From contig CAVRWN010000009.1 in the NCBI GenBank assembly GCA_963724875.1, positions 73,396 to 137,395 on the forward strand: a stretch of 64,000 bases of DNA, read 5' to 3'. This document shows, piece after piece, positions 9,906-18,759 of the stretch (position 1 is its first letter; every line of letters starts with the position of its first letter). Position numbers and translations under genes: made by a program. Under the pieces are notes generated by a model. It was not told the DNA's origin. It made no database searches and saw nothing but the letters and a program-made list of their open reading frames with translations. The DNA comes from an uncultured Acidobacteriaceae bacterium. Lineage in GTDB: Bacteria > Acidobacteriota > Terriglobia > Terriglobales > Acidobacteriaceae.

Positions 9906-11408
9906 TCACCACTGCGAAGGAAGCCGGCAGACCCGCACGGCGGCGTTCTGGTAAACACAGTCGAGCCCAGCAACTCCAGGCTGCTGCACCACCACCCAAC
10001 TCACGCCATATTTGTTTTTCAACCGCAAAAAGTCTTCCGCATGAAAACTCTTCCAGGGGCTCTGCGCCTGCACCTCGCTCCGCCATTCTTCGGCCAACGG
10101 AGGAAACATGCTCACCGCGCCACTATCCTTCGACAAGTCCGCCAGTCGACTGCGCTGCGCCAGACCACGGAACCCGATGGTATCTTCTCCAGGTATCTGC
10201 ATGAAATCAGGATCCATTGCAAACACCGCATCCACGGGTGTGTTGTCACGCACCCAGACAAACGCCTGCGCCCACGGATTCTTGGGAGCAACCCCGGGCC
10301 ACTCGATGTGAGGGCTCGCTGGGAAAAGATCTCGCTGCGCAACAAACATTCCAACACTCAGCGGAACAAAGAGCGCCAGCCAGCGCCACACTCGATTCTT
10401 CAGCACAAACTCGCCCAGCAATCCGCCCATGATCAGAAACATCAGCATGTAGAGAAGATGCAAGCTGCGCAGCGGCTGGAGGCGAGCCAGGCTCTCAAAT
10501 CGCGCCGGCAAATCGACTACGAGCGCGGCTAAAAAGTAGACAAGGTCGTAGACGATGAGCGCCCGGCACAAGAGTTCCAGTCGAGGCCATTGCCGCACCC
10601 GCGCGATGCGCGCAAACCACCAGAACAACACCACCGGGGCCAGAATGCCCAACTGCTCATACCAGCGCCACAGCTGGATGTAATGAAACTCATGCCGCAT
10701 CGCGGCCGCGTGGTAAGCCGGCGAAGTCGGAGGGTCCAGCGAAATCCCAAACGGCAGCAGGATCGCTAAGCCGGCCGAAGCGTTCAGGGAGCCTGGTGCA
10801 GCCATTCTCTTTTCAAATTTCTCCGCGATCACGAGAAGAAAGCAAAATGAAAACGCAAACGCAGCCATGAGCGGATGGACGCTTCCGGCAAACCCCAGCC
10901 ACAGCGCGGCGAGCACATACTTCTTCTCCAGAATCCGCGTCACGGCGAAGATGACGGCGAACGCCGCCAGATTCCGCGGGTTCAGGTACTGATCCATGAT
11001 GTAGAGCGCAGTTCCCGCCACCGGAATCGTTAACAGCCCGGCCACGAGACAGACTCCACCCCACCGTGCCCTCGCACTTGGGAACAACAATCCGCTCAAC
11101 TCCCAACACGCAAGCAGCAGAAGAAAAATGGACGCCACATGCCACAAGAAAAGTCCGGTCTCGAACGGCAAGTGAGTCACGCGCAGAGAAAAGGCAATCA
11201 GATTTGGGAAGATCGTCAGGCTGGCATGCGACGCGAAGAATTCCTGACCCACCGGAAACAGCCCAGGGTGCAGAATCTTCTCCACCCCCGGCAGATAAAT
11301 CTCCGCGTCCTCAGCGTAGGGATGGTACCCGTGCATCAACAGTGCTCCAGCCGTCAGCAGGAGCAGAATAGCCAGCGTCTTATATTTTTCAGAGAGGATG
11401 AAGTTCAC
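9906..11408 (-). CDS. Polytopic membrane protein with a C-terminal soluble domain, possible GT-C-type glycosyltransferase
   Basis: 500 aa with many hydrophobic helices. There is a 4-nt overlap (11405-11408) with the upstream GT39-like gene. The function is inferred from context only. Confidence 0.6.
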   Translation of the reverse strand: MNFILSEKYKTLAILLLLTAGALLMHGYHPYAEDAEIYLPGVEKILHPGLFPVGQEFFASHASLTIFPNLIAFSLRVTHLPFETGLFLWHVASIFLLLLACWELSGLLFPSARARWGGVCLVAGLLTIPVAGTALYIMDQYLNPRNLAAFAVIFAVTRILEKKYVLAALWLGFAGSVHPLMAAFAFSFCFLLVIAEKFEKRMAAPGSLNASAGLAILLPFGISLDPPTSPAYHAAAMRHEFHYIQLWRWYEQLGILAPVVLFWWFARIARVRQWPRLELLCRALIVYDLVYFLAALVVDLPARFESLARLQPLRSLHLLYMLMFLIMGGLLGEFVLKNRVWRWLALFVPLSVGMFVAQRDLFPASPHIEWPGVAPKNPWAQAFVWVRDNTPVDAVFAMDPDFMQIPGEDTIGFRGLAQRSRLADLSKDSGAVSMFPPLAEEWRSEVQAQSPWKSFHAEDFLRLKNKYGVSWVVVQQPGVAGLDCVYQNAAVRVCRLPSQW

Positions 11409-12742
11409 TCAACCGTCGCGACCTTGGGCGGGATGTTCGCTCGCCTTCGCTTCCGCTCCGCAACCCACGAAGCGACCGCGTAAGCCGCCAGCACCACATA
11501 CTGCGGATCAATCGGCCGCCGGTAATAATCTTCCGGATGCGTCAAGTAATAAATAATAGGAAAGAAAAAAAACACGATGACATAAGGCATCGCGATGTTG
11601 CGGTCGAGCCGCCACGCCCGGCGAAGTCCAATCAAAGTCAGCACCGTAAGCCCGGTACAAAACACCATATTCCACGGATCGAGCGGCTCTTCCTGCAGAT
11701 AGTGGGGACTGAAGCTCCAGAACCCCGTCCACAAATAAACCACGCGCCGCATCGTCTGCTTCACATAGAGAAGCCGGTGCGAATTGATGAACGCCAGCCC
11801 TTCGTGAAACTTCTTCGAAGTGTAGGCGATCTCGCCAAGTTGCTGATATTCCCGCCACTCGTTTTCGTTATCCGAAGGATGATAGCCCGGAGGTCCCCAG
11901 TGCCACGAATCCTGATTGTTGCCAAAATAAACTTCCAGTCCCAGACAACTGCGGAACGGAATGAACTTGTGAAAAGTCACATAGTTTCGAATGAACCACG
12001 GAGAAACGACTAGAGTCACAGCCAGCACGGCTCCGAGGCCCGGAGCCAGCCATGGCCGCCCACTCTTACGGAGGCGATACCACGCCCACGCTCCAAGAAA
12101 AGGGGCCACTGACATCACGACTGGATCCGTCAACCCTCCCACTCCACTGAGCCCACCGAACCCTACCCAAAGCCAAACCGAAGACGAGGTTTCCAAATAA
12201 ATCGCCACGAGAAAGACGAGGGTCATCAAAAGCGTGGTCAGAGTCGTTGCCCAAATGAAATCTGCCGAGAAATAAATTCCGTAAGGAAAGAACGCCCAGG
12301 CCCATCCCGCCCACACAGCCGTCGGCTCGCCGAAGTGTTTCCTCGCGATGAAGTAAATCGGAATGCAGGTCAGCGCCGAGAACAAACAATCCAGTGCCAG
12401 CGCCGCAATCGCCGAAGCTTTGCTGTACACGCCGAATATCTTGAAGATTCCGGCCAGCAAATAAGGAAACACTGGCGCCAGCCACGCTGTGGGCCCGGTC
12501 TTGCCAAATAGAGGATTGCTGAAGCCCTCGCCCTGAGCGATCGAGCGCGCAATCCTGCCGCTCTCGCCGCCCAATCGCCAGTGATCGCGATAAGGGTCCG
12601 TCCGCTCCGGATACAAAAACGACATCACGAGAAGCCGCAACAGGAGCGCCACCACAACCATCCAAAACAACGAACGCCGGGCGTTCCCCGTCGTTCCCGA
12701 TCCGCCCGCGTTAAGTTCGGTCGTTGTTGCAGAAAAAGCCAT
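11405..12742 (-). CDS. GT-C glycosyltransferase, family 39 / ArnT-PMT_2-like
   Basis: LLRLLVMSFLYPERTDPYRD...GESGRIARSIAQGEGFSNP resembles ArnT/PMT_2 N-terminal regions, followed by about 10 or more TM helices. I prefer the ATG at 12742 (MAFSATTTEL); the ORF-track start at 12934 would overlap the divergent gene. Confidence 0.7.
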   Translation of the reverse strand: MAFSATTTELNAGGSGTTGNARRSLFWMVVVALLLRLLVMSFLYPERTDPYRDHWRLGGESGRIARSIAQGEGFSNPLFGKTGPTAWLAPVFPYLLAGIFKIFGVYSKASAIAALALDCLFSALTCIPIYFIARKHFGEPTAVWAGWAWAFFPYGIYFSADFIWATTLTTLLMTLVFLVAIYLETSSSVWLWVGFGGLSGVGGLTDPVVMSVAPFLGAWAWYRLRKSGRPWLAPGLGAVLAVTLVVSPWFIRNYVTFHKFIPFRSCLGLEVYFGNNQDSWHWGPPGYHPSDNENEWREYQQLGEIAYTSKKFHEGLAFINSHRLLYVKQTMRRVVYLWTGFWSFSPHYLQEEPLDPWNMVFCTGLTVLTLIGLRRAWRLDRNIAMPYVIVFFFFPIIYYLTHPEDYYRRPIDPQYVVLAAYAVASWVAERKRRRANIPPKVATVE

Positions 12743-12893
12743 TCGCTCCAATCGGAACCTGAATCCGAAACCTGAATCAAAGAGATGAGCCTCTACTTTG
12801 CCACAACCGAACACTTCCGGCTGTTTTTTCCTCCTAGTCTCCGAGGTTCCTGCTCTTGCGCCGCTTATCCCCTGTACGTAGCATCTAACTACA

Positions 12894-14132
12894 ATGGCTG
12901 CTGCCCTCATGCCCGACCACCCCCGACCAAACATGGCCTTGGGCGAGATTCTGAGTTTCTCCTACGACACTTTTTGCAGCAACAAAGTGCGCTTCATCCT
13001 GACCGCACTGGGCATGGTGATCGGAACCGCATCGCTCATCCTTGTAGTCACCATCGGCATGACCGGCAGGCAGTACGCCCTGGGCCAGATCCAGGCCATC
13101 GGCACCAACGAGATCTGGGCGGAATACGAAGGTGCGCAGCACATTAGCAGTTCGAGTCTTGATCCATTGACCGTGGAAGACGTGCAGGCAGTGCAGGAAC
13201 AGGTGCCGGGCGTGATTGCAGCTTCGCCCGTCGTCACTCTCGGGGACCGCATCGCAATCGGCAACGGTGACGAGAAAGACGTGCAAATTCTCGGGGTTTA
13301 TCCCGAGTATCGGCTGGTGCGCAACCTGACCGTGGTCTCCGGACGCTTCTTCGATCGCGAAGACTCGCAGGCTCACAACAAAGTCGCGGTGATCACGGAG
13401 AAAATGGCGCGCTCAATCTACGGTTCGCCGCAAGCGGCCGTAGGCAAAATCATCAAGCTCACCGGACTGCCCTTCACCGTCATCGGCACCTTCAAAGAGA
13501 GTGGAGAAACCTTCGGCGAGACCGAAGTCAGCGACAACTCCATGGCGATCCCGTACAGCGTCAGCCGCTACTTCCTCGAAACGCCCAGCATCAAGATGGT
13601 CTATTTCTCCATGGAAGACGCTGACATGGTGGTGCCGGCAACCGCTCAGATCAAGCGCGTGTTGCAGTCGCGCCACCGGACCGAGTCGGTTTACAACGTG
13701 CAAAACCTCACTGCGGTGCTCGCGATGATGGACCGCATCGCCACCGGCCTGACCTGGGTTCTTCTATTGGTTTCCATGGTGACTCTGGTGGTCAGCGGCA
13801 TCGGCATCATGAACATCATGCTCGCCACCGTGACCGCGCGCATCCGCGAGATCGGCATCCGCAAAGCCGTGGGCGCCACTAATCGCGAAATCCGCTTCCA
13901 GTTTCTCGCCGAAGCCATCCTCATTTCGCTCATCGGGGGCTTTGCCGGCATCGTCATCGGCCTCGCCATCCCCTACTCGGTTCGCTTCCTCACCGAGTAC
14001 CGCGTACCAATCAACGGTTGGTCCGCCGTCATCGCGATCATTGTGTCTTCGGTGGTCGGCGTGATTTTCGGCACCGTCCCTGCTGCCCGCGCTGCTCAGC
14101 TCGATCCTGTCGAGAGCCTGCGTTACGAATAG
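12894..14132 (+). CDS. ABC transporter permease, MacB-like (MacB periplasmic core domain + FtsX domain)
   Basis: ALGEILSFSYDTFCSNKVRFILTALGMVIGTASLI, plus C-terminal FtsX helices with REIGIRKAVGAT. Alternative start at 12933. No ATPase partner gene is adjacent. Confidence 0.85.
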   Translation: MAAALMPDHPRPNMALGEILSFSYDTFCSNKVRFILTALGMVIGTASLILVVTIGMTGRQYALGQIQAIGTNEIWAEYEGAQHISSSSLDPLTVEDVQAVQEQVPGVIAASPVVTLGDRIAIGNGDEKDVQILGVYPEYRLVRNLTVVSGRFFDREDSQAHNKVAVITEKMARSIYGSPQAAVGKIIKLTGLPFTVIGTFKESGETFGETEVSDNSMAIPYSVSRYFLETPSIKMVYFSMEDADMVVPATAQIKRVLQSRHRTESVYNVQNLTAVLAMMDRIATGLTWVLLLVSMVTLVVSGIGIMNIMLATVTARIREIGIRKAVGATNREIRFQFLAEAILISLIGGFAGIVIGLAIPYSVRFLTEYRVPINGWSAVIAIIVSSVVGVIFGTVPAARAAQLDPVESLRYE

Positions 14133-14151
14133 GAATAGGCTCTGGCCCGGA

Positions 14152-15483
14152 ATGTGTCAGAATTGGTTTCGCGCTTTGGATCGAACCGCAGGAGATCCCG
14201 TGCGATCTTCGAATATCACTCTGGTGATTCTCGGCATGCTTGCCGTCTCCGCCATGGCTCAAAAAACTCCTTCACCAGCGCGGGCCCAGAATGACCGCAT
14301 TGTCATCGCCGCGACAACGGTGCTCGATGGTAAGGGCGACGTTCTGCACGACACCCGAATCGTGGTCGAGGGCTCAAAGATTGTCGCCGTCGACAAAATC
14401 GATGACGCAAAGTCAGGGCCGGTAGACTACGACCTGCGCGGCCTGACGGTCCTGCCCGGCTGGATTGACGCGCATGTTCACATCACCTGGAGCTTCGGCC
14501 CGGACGGAAAAAATGCCGGCCAGGGGGGAACAACGCCGGAGGCCACCTATGCCGCAGCTTCGAATGCATGGCTGACGTTAATGGCGGGATTCACCACCAT
14601 CCAGAGCGTGGGATCTCCTGCGGATGTTCCGTTGCGTGGCGCCATTGCAAAAGGGTTGCTCCCCGGTCCGCGTATCCTCACTGCGCTCGAGCCGATCATG
14701 GGCCGAGGCGATCAGACGGGAACGCCCGACGAAATCCGCGACTTTGTACGCAAACAAAAAGCAGCCGGCGCGGACCTGATCAAAATCTACGCCTCCGGAG
14801 GCATGACCCGCGGCCCGATGACCATGTCTCAGGAACAGTTGAACGCCGCCTGCGATGAAGCGAAGAAGCAGGGCCTGCGCACGCTCGTACACGCTTACAG
14901 AGATGCGGTCCGCGCCGCCACTCTCGCCGGCTGCACGGAAATCGAGCACGGCCTGGGAGCGTCGGATGATGATCTGAAGTTAATGGCCGAACGCGGGACC
15001 TATCTCGATCCGCAAGCCGGGTTGCTACTCGAAACCTATCTCCAAAACAAAGACAAGTACCTCGCCCCGCCTTATTACACGGAAGAGGGGTTTGCCGCGA
15101 TGAAAGCTCTCATCCCGGCGCACCAGGAATTCATTCGACGATCCGTCCGCATACCTGGACTGAAGATTGTTTATGGCACAGACGCCGTGGCCGGCGCGCA
15201 CGGCCGCAATGCAGATGACTTTATCAACCGCGTACGCGATGGCGGAGTGGACCCCATGGCGGCAATGGTCTCCGCCAATTCACTGGCGGCCGAAGCGCTC
15301 GGCATGGCCGATCAGATCGGCTCGATCGCGCCCGGCCTTCAGGCCGACATTATCGCGCTCGACGGCGATCCGCTGAAAGACATTACCGCCGTCCGGCGAG
15401 TCGTATTTGTGATGAAGGGTGGCAGGGTATACAAGAACACCGCGCGCGCCGCGACGCCTGTTCATGCGGGTGTTCTTCCATAA
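14152..15483 (+). CDS. Secreted amidohydrolase family protein (metal-dependent hydrolase; Xaa-Pro dipeptidase / imidazolonepropionase-like)
   Basis: LPGWIDAHVHI metal-binding motif, GTDA... near the C-terminus, and a signal peptide LVILGMLAVSAMAQ. A GTG at 14200 is an alternative start. Confidence 0.8.
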   Translation: MCQNWFRALDRTAGDPVRSSNITLVILGMLAVSAMAQKTPSPARAQNDRIVIAATTVLDGKGDVLHDTRIVVEGSKIVAVDKIDDAKSGPVDYDLRGLTVLPGWIDAHVHITWSFGPDGKNAGQGGTTPEATYAAASNAWLTLMAGFTTIQSVGSPADVPLRGAIAKGLLPGPRILTALEPIMGRGDQTGTPDEIRDFVRKQKAAGADLIKIYASGGMTRGPMTMSQEQLNAACDEAKKQGLRTLVHAYRDAVRAATLAGCTEIEHGLGASDDDLKLMAERGTYLDPQAGLLLETYLQNKDKYLAPPYYTEEGFAAMKALIPAHQEFIRRSVRIPGLKIVYGTDAVAGAHGRNADDFINRVRDGGVDPMAAMVSANSLAAEALGMADQIGSIAPGLQADIIALDGDPLKDITAVRRVVFVMKGGRVYKNTARAATPVHAGVLP

Positions 15484-15753
15484 TCTGACCGTAAGTCATA
15501 CGGAGTCTTCGCGCCAAGCCTGCTGTCAGGCCGAGCCCTGTAGAATCCACAGCGATGCCTCCTGCCACGAAAAAGTTGCATTTTCCATTCACTCCGAAGT
15601 AATATGCACTACGGAGCTTGACAGTAAAGCATTCCCGGTTTCTTGACCCTGTACCGCTCGTTTCTAAACTCCAACACTCGCAGTTCAGCTGGTTGCGAAA
15701 AAACAAGATAAGAGGTGGTAGGTCCGCCTCCGTCCCGGTTCGGAGAGTTTACT

Positions 15754-16500
15754 ATGGCGTGGTACGCGTACTGCCTTACCGAGCACCAGACCCTTCCTAA
15801 CGGCACCCGTTCCCGACGCCCTTTCGTAATTGAGAATGTTCGAGGCGTGAACGGAGCCCCAGTCCTCAGCTATCCCAGCGGCGAGTTTGCTGTGATCGTG
15901 AGCGAATTCGACCAGAACGCAGCACAACTTGATCAGAAATCCGCCATCGAGCACGCCCGCGTCGTAAGCGGCTGCTTCCGCAACTCCACTGTACTGCCTT
16001 TCCGCTTCGGGACCATTTTCGAAAGCGACGACGCCCTCCGTCAAGCCGTCCGGGTAAACCGGCGCGCCTTCGGCCTGAGCGTCGCCCGGCTCCGCGGCAA
16101 GTCCGAAATGCACATCAAGTTGACGGTCACCGACGGCTCGCTGCGCGAAGCGATGATCGAAGTCGTCCTGCCCGACACTGTCGGCGGCGACTATCTTTCC
16201 AAACTGCGCGTCAAGGCTTCCCGCGACCGCGAGCGCCAGACCAAGGCCCGCGCCCTCTCAGTGCAGGTCCACAAACTGTTTAATCCTCTCGAAGAGGAAG
16301 TGAGCTGCAAGAAGGTTGCTCCCCAAGGCATGCTCATCGACATCGCCCATCTCATCGATTCCAAGTCGGTCGAGAAATACCAGAACCGTTACAGCACCGC
16401 CGCCAAGCAGCTCAAGAACTGCGAAGTGGCCATCAGCGGACCCTGGCCCCCGTACCACTTCCTGCCCGGGAAGCTGCGTACTGTGGCGGGCAACAGCTAG
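15754..16500 (+). CDS. GvpL/GvpF family protein (gas-vesicle-associated family), orphan copy
   Basis: WYAYCL, FAVIVSEFD, IEHARVV, LPFRFGTIFES and the C-terminal ISGPWPPYHF match the GvpL_GvpF family pattern. ATG at 15754 with GGAGAG 8 nt upstream. Confidence 0.78.
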   Translation: MAWYAYCLTEHQTLPNGTRSRRPFVIENVRGVNGAPVLSYPSGEFAVIVSEFDQNAAQLDQKSAIEHARVVSGCFRNSTVLPFRFGTIFESDDALRQAVRVNRRAFGLSVARLRGKSEMHIKLTVTDGSLREAMIEVVLPDTVGGDYLSKLRVKASRDRERQTKARALSVQVHKLFNPLEEEVSCKKVAPQGMLIDIAHLIDSKSVEKYQNRYSTAAKQLKNCEVAISGPWPPYHFLPGKLRTVAGNS

Positions 16501-16886
16501 TCCCGCGTTAGATCCTTATGAGCCGCCGTTCGCCGATGAGGCGCCGGCGGCTCAGATTGCCCCCGTTCTTGTGCATTCAATGTGCAGGCTTGTGCACTTC
16601 GCGTCCGTCCAGCCCTGGGCGCCCGAATATCAGCGTGAAAGCAATGCCATGACAAGTAATTTTTTATCAATTACTTACGGACTATTAGACTCGATCATCA
16701 ACGGCTCCCCTATTTGGCTCGGGAAATGCTTCTTCTGGAAGTACTAAAGAGGCCGTAAAACCTACAGCAATGACCTTCACTCGATTCTCTATTCAACATT
16801 TCCCGAAGTACTGTCCCGCCTTGCGGGACGGCAACTTCCATCGCCTTTCCTGACATTCACCCACCACCTTGACCTCTTTGAAACGT

Positions 16887-16912
16887 GGCCCCAGCAATGG
16901 GGCCGCTTTTTT
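16887..16912 (+). terminator. Rho-independent terminator-like hairpin (plus strand)
   Basis: GGCCCCA-GCAA-TGGGGCC followed by GC TTTTTT. It lies about 390 nt downstream of the GvpL/F stop. Confidence 0.5.
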
Positions 16913-16929
16913 GTCCCGAGGACGAGCCG

Positions 16930-17049
16930 CTAGAAGAGTCTCCACACGAAGTGCGCGAGCAGCGCGAACAGAAGCAGCATAAACACCCCGCCAATCCACA
17001 CCAGGAAGTTCGCCGTCAGCTTTGTCGAGTTGATCTCTTTCTTATCCAT
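16930..17049 (-). CDS. Candidate 39-aa single-TM small protein
   Basis: MDKKEINSTKLTANFLVWIGGVFMLLLFALLAHFVWRLF is the C-terminal part of the 123-aa ORF-track entry 16930..17301. It has a polar head plus one clean hydrophobic helix. There is no homology evidence. Confidence 0.3.
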   Translation of the reverse strand: MDKKEINSTKLTANFLVWIGGVFMLLLFALLAHFVWRLF

Positions 17050-17110
17050 GGGACTCACGCTAGCACACTTTTGCGCAACTCCTTTCTCGGATACACTGCC
17101 AGCATCACCT

Positions 17111-18598
17111 ATGACCAAGATCTCCCGCTTGTCCATCGTCACCCTCATCGCAGAACTGCTGATTTCTCCTACCTTTGCTGGCGCCCAAAATCCTCCCCAG
17201 ACCCCGTCCGCCGCTACCGCGATGATGTCGGCACCACAAACCACCGCGGCCGACAAGCTGAATTTCCCTCCGCTTCTTCTGCAGCAGCTTTCCGCCATCA
17301 AAGCCGCTGCGCTAAGCGACGACTACGGCTACCGCGAACTCGCTCACCTCACCGAGAACATCGGACCCCGCCCCACCGGCTCGCCCCAGGCCCGTGCCGC
17401 CTCCGAGTACGTAGCCGAAGAGCTTCGTCACCTCGGCCTCGATGTCCGTCTCCAGCCGGTCACCGTCCCGCACTGGGTCCGGGGTGCCGAAACCGCTGCC
17501 CTGGTTGAGTATCCCGGCATGGTGCCCGGCACCACCCAAAAGATTGTTCTCACCGCTCTCGGCGGAAGCACTGCAACACCCGCCGACGGCCTCACCGCCG
17601 ACGTAGTCACCGTCGACACCTTCGAAGAGCTCGAGGCGCTCGGTCGCGATAAGGTCGCTGGCAAGATCGTCCTCTTCAATGAACTCTTCGACAAGCAAAA
17701 GGCCGCCGGCGGACAAGCTTTCGCCGCCTACGGCGAGGCCGTCCGTTATCGCGGAGCCGGACCCAAAGCCGCCGCCGATCTGGGTGCAGTAGCCGCTCTG
17801 GTCCGCACCGTGGGAAACGCCGACTATCGCCTCCCGCACACCGGGCAAAGCTTCCCTGCCGGAATCCCCGCCGCTGCAGTCACGGCCGAAGACGCCGACC
17901 TGATCGTCCATCTCGCCGCTGAAGGCAAGGTCCGCATGCATCTGACTCTGACTCCCCAGAAGCTTCCTGATGAAACCGGCTACAACGTAATCGCCGACCT
18001 CAAAGGTTCCGAACATCCCGAACAGATCGTAGTAGTCTCCGGCCATCTCGATTCCTGGGATCTCGGCACCGGCGCCATCGACGACGGAGCCGGAGTAGTC
18101 ATGGCAATGCAGACCGCCGAAGTTCTCCAGCGCCTTCACCTGCGCCCAGCCCGCACCCTCCGCGTAATCGCCTGGATGGATGAAGAAACCGGAGGCTCCG
18201 GCAGCAAAGCCTACACCGCCGAATACGCCGGCGACTTCCCTCACTATGTAGCCGCCATCGAGAGCGACTCTGGCGCTGCCCACCCTCTAGGCTTCGAGAT
18301 CAAAGCCGCGCCCGCAGCCATCGACGCTCTCCGCCCCGTGGAAGGCGTGCTCCAAAGCATCGGCGCGACAGTCTTCCAACCCACGACTTACCCTCCCGGC
18401 GCCGACATCGAAGCCATGTCCGAAGCCGGGGTCCCCGCCTTCGGCATCATGCAAGACGGCCGCACCTACTTCGACTACCACCACTCCGCCGCCGACACGC
18501 TGGATAAGGTAGTCCCCGCCGAACTCCGCGAAAACGCCGCCACCATGGCAGTTATGGCCTACGCCTTGACCAATATGAAGGACCCTCTGCCGCGGTAG
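17111..18598 (+). CDS. Secreted M28 family metallopeptidase (carboxypeptidase Q-like aminopeptidase)
   Basis: Signal peptide MTKISRLSIVTLIAELLISPTFAGA. RPTGSPQ, VVVSGHLDSWD and the DDGAG motifs are typical of M28. ATG at 17111. Confidence 0.82.
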   Translation: MTKISRLSIVTLIAELLISPTFAGAQNPPQTPSAATAMMSAPQTTAADKLNFPPLLLQQLSAIKAAALSDDYGYRELAHLTENIGPRPTGSPQARAASEYVAEELRHLGLDVRLQPVTVPHWVRGAETAALVEYPGMVPGTTQKIVLTALGGSTATPADGLTADVVTVDTFEELEALGRDKVAGKIVLFNELFDKQKAAGGQAFAAYGEAVRYRGAGPKAAADLGAVAALVRTVGNADYRLPHTGQSFPAGIPAAAVTAEDADLIVHLAAEGKVRMHLTLTPQKLPDETGYNVIADLKGSEHPEQIVVVSGHLDSWDLGTGAIDDGAGVVMAMQTAEVLQRLHLRPARTLRVIAWMDEETGGSGSKAYTAEYAGDFPHYVAAIESDSGAAHPLGFEIKAAPAAIDALRPVEGVLQSIGATVFQPTTYPPGADIEAMSEAGVPAFGIMQDGRTYFDYHHSAADTLDKVVPAELRENAATMAVMAYALTNMKDPLPR

Positions 18599-18642
18599 GT
18601 GTGGGGACAGCCGTCCTCGGCGGTCCAGGAGCGAAGCTCCGC
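18599..18642 (+). repeat. 44-nt REP-like hairpin repeat, copy A
   Basis: GTGTGGGGACAGCCGTCCTCGGCGGTCCAGGAGCGAAGCTCCGC is 41/44 identical to 21146-21189 in the same orientation. Contains the GGACAGCCG...CGGCGGTCC stem. Confidence 0.75.
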
Positions 18643-18759
18643 AGCCAGCCGCGACCTGGGGCAGCGTTTTCGGAATGAAGAATCCGCTTCATTTGCCGGA
18701 CAAGAAGCCTGTATCTTTGATGTTCTCCGCAATTCCAGAATTGATGTGGAGGCGTTTTC

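Noticed and set aside
15600-15650. TTGACA at about 15618 as the promoter of the GvpL/F gene.
   Set aside because: There is no acceptable -10 hexamer at 16-18 nt spacing.
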